A stretch of 64,000 bases of DNA from a virus: the IMG/VR virus record IMGVR_UViG_3300027967_000093. The stretch is one strand, 5' to 3'. Positions 62,194 to 64,000 of the stretch are shown here, in pieces. How positions within the stretch are numbered: the first letter of the stretch is position 1; each line of letters begins with the position of its first letter. The notes below the pieces were generated by a model. That model was not told where the DNA came from. It saw only the letters and a list, made by a program, of their open reading frames with translations, and searched no databases. The position numbers and the translations under genes are program-made.

Positions 62194-64000
62194 ATGGCTG
62201 TTAAACCCGCATCTCCTCGGATCAATATCAGCGAAATCGACAAAACAGGCATAGTACCTGCGGTCGGTTCATCTGGTGGTGGTTTCGTAGGTAACTTCCG
62301 TTGGGGCCCAGTACACGAAAGAACATTGATTGCAGACGAAACAGGTCTGGTATCAACTTTTGGTGCACCTGACGACACGAACTCAGTGGATTTCCATTCC
62401 GCTGCGTACTTTCTTAAATACTCACAAACTCTACAGGTTGTTCGCGAGAACAATGGTGGACAGAACGCACACGGTGCAGTAACTAAATTTGCTGGTGATT
62501 CTGACGGTAACTCAATGTTGGTTAATAACCTTGACCATTGGGAAAACTCTGTCAGTTCTGCGGTAGGTGAAGGTGCAGCTGCAACTTCTTCTGGTACTTG
62601 GATTGCAAAATATCCAGGCGAATTGGGTAACGCATTGACAGTTTCTTTCTGTCCTGCCGGAGACTCTGCGAGTGTAGACCACTTTACTGGTTGGGCATAT
62701 GCGTCTAACTTCAATGGTGCTCCAGGCACTTCTGCGTATGCAACCAGCAATGGTGCAGCTAACGATGAAGTTCACGTTGCAATCATTGACCGTACTGGTG
62801 CTATCACTGGTACTGTTGGTTCTGTTCTCGAGAAGTTTGAATACCTCTCTGTTGCACGTGGTGCAGTAACTCCTGATAATTCACCTAACTATATCTCTGA
62901 CGTATTGAACCAAAACTCTCAATACATCTGGAATGGTTACTTCGGTGATGACTCTGCATTCGGTTCCGATTACTTGGATCTGGGTGGAAACTGGGGAACT
63001 ACTCCTGATACCGACACCGCAGTAAACTACGGTCTAGGTACTGGTCTTGTGGACGGTGTTCGCACAGTAAACCTTGGTGGTGGACAAGAGTCTGCAACTT
63101 TGGGTACTGGTGAATTCGCTGAAGGTTACGATCTGTTCGAAGACAAACTCACTACTGAGATTGACTTCCTGATTGCACCTCAACATAGTTCTGAGGCAAA
63201 CGGCACTTCTGTAGTAAATGACCTTGTATCAATCGCTGAATCACGTAAAGACTGTGTTGTTATTACTTCAGTAGATAGAGCAGGTGTTGTGGGTAAGACT
63301 GATGCACAGGCACAAACCAATGCAGTTTCGTTCGCGAATACTCTTACAAAATCATCTTACTTAGTAGTAGATAACAACTTCTTCAAAGTGTTCGATAAGT
63401 ACAACGATAAGTACATCAACATTCCTGCTGCGTCAAGCACTGCGGGTCTGATGGCTGCTACTGACGTTATCGCAGACCCATGGTATTCACCTGCCGGTCA
63501 AAGACGTGGTAACTATCGTGGTATTACGGGTATCTTGACGAATCCAAACCAAACCCAACGTGATGCCCTATATAAGGCAGGTGTTAATCCTATCGCAAAC
63601 ATTCCAGGCACTGGTCTGATTCTGTTTGGTGATAAGACGTTGGAAAGCAGACCTTCTGCATTTGACCGTATCAACGTAAGACGTTTGTTCATTGCGATTG
63701 AGAAGTCAATTGGTGAAGCTGCTAAAAATGTAATGTTCGAATTCAATGACGAGTTTACTCGTGCAGAATTCGTAAACATTGTAGAACCTTTCCTCCGTAG
63801 AGTTAAGGGTCGTAGAGGTATAACTGACTTCCGTGTTGTATGTGATGAAACAAACAACAATCAAGAAGTTGTGGACAATAACCAATTCGTTGCAAGCATC
63901 TTTGTGAAACCTGCACGTTCTATCAACTTCGTTCAATTGAACTTTGTTGCAGTTAGAACTGGTGTAGACTTCGAAGAAGTTGTTGGCACGGTAGGAGCAT
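62194..64000 (+). CDS. 18: Tail sheath protein gp18 (runs to window end; not in ORF track)
   Basis: Hand translation: SP.INISEID.T, G.FRWGP, AKYPG.LGN, PWYSPAG..RG, FGDKT, SAFDRINVRRLF, FEFNDEFTR, KPARSINF. Confidence 0.95.
   Translation, partial: MAVKPASPRINISEIDKTGIVPAVGSSGGGFVGNFRWGPVHERTLIADETGLVSTFGAPDDTNSVDFHSAAYFLKYSQTLQVVRENNGGQNAHGAVTKFAGDSDGNSMLVNNLDHWENSVSSAVGEGAAATSSGTWIAKYPGELGNALTVSFCPAGDSASVDHFTGWAYASNFNGAPGTSAYATSNGAANDEVHVAIIDRTGAITGTVGSVLEKFEYLSVARGAVTPDNSPNYISDVLNQNSQYIWNGYFGDDSAFGSDYLDLGGNWGTTPDTDTAVNYGLGTGLVDGVRTVNLGGGQESATLGTGEFAEGYDLFEDKLTTEIDFLIAPQHSSEANGTSVVNDLVSIAESRKDCVVITSVDRAGVVGKTDAQAQTNAVSFANTLTKSSYLVVDNNFFKVFDKYNDKYINIPAASSTAGLMAATDVIADPWYSPAGQRRGNYRGITGILTNPNQTQRDALYKAGVNPIANIPGTGLILFGDKTLESRPSAFDRINVRRLFIAIEKSIGEAAKNVMFEFNDEFTRAEFVNIVEPFLRRVKGRRGITDFRVVCDETNNNQEVVDNNQFVASIFVKPARSINFVQLNFVAVRTGVDFEEVVGTVGA

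Noticed and set aside
62163-63936. Minus-strand ORFs over the sheath gene, and similar shadow ORFs throughout
   Set aside because: They are antisense or alternative-frame shadows of recognisable phage genes, with no motifs or RBS.
1-64000. Genome-wide TAG recoding
   Set aside because: TAG ends several genes exactly at boundaries with the next gene (e.g. 656, 29538, 30570, 31962, 38098); only gp14 has an internal TAG.
60493-64000. Intron or intein in terminase or sheath
   Set aside because: Both reading frames are continuous and of normal size.
1-64000. tRNA or rRNA genes
   Set aside because: Intergenic gaps are short and no cloverleaf/T-loop signature was noticed; a tRNAscan-SE run would be needed to exclude them formally.

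Overview
This is 64 kb of a large T4-like myovirus infecting a Gram-negative, probably marine, host. The evidence is gp2/4/5/6/7/8/9/13-18/25/26/29/32/33/48/53/54 homologues, many TATAAATA late promoters, sigma70-type early promoters, spanins and GroES. Bases 1-11 kb hold accessory genes (glycosyltransferases, spanins, nuclease, P-loop kinase, 2OG oxygenase, DenV-like glycosylase, small early ORFs). Then come gp33-gp32, a minus-strand hub/tape-measure block, the baseplate block, a ~19 kb fibre locus, and neck/terminase/sheath genes. The main discovery is two paralogous giant proteins (955 and 1615 aa) whose repeats form a self-complementary 'protein stem-loop'. Short peptide words in the N-arm pair, in reverse order and without gaps, with complementary words in a C-arm of exactly equal length (252+252 aa and 596+596 aa). 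They are followed by a chaperone-like / glycosyltransferase / oxygenase operon. Other points: a probable lambda-G/GT-type -1 frameshift in gp26 upstream of the tape measure gene, an in-frame amber codon in gp14, a split gp5 with an inserted amidase gene, a D-S-[ADGS] motif enriched in virion proteins, and an RBS-occluding hairpin around a late promoter. All calls come from motif recognition by eye; no database searches were run.
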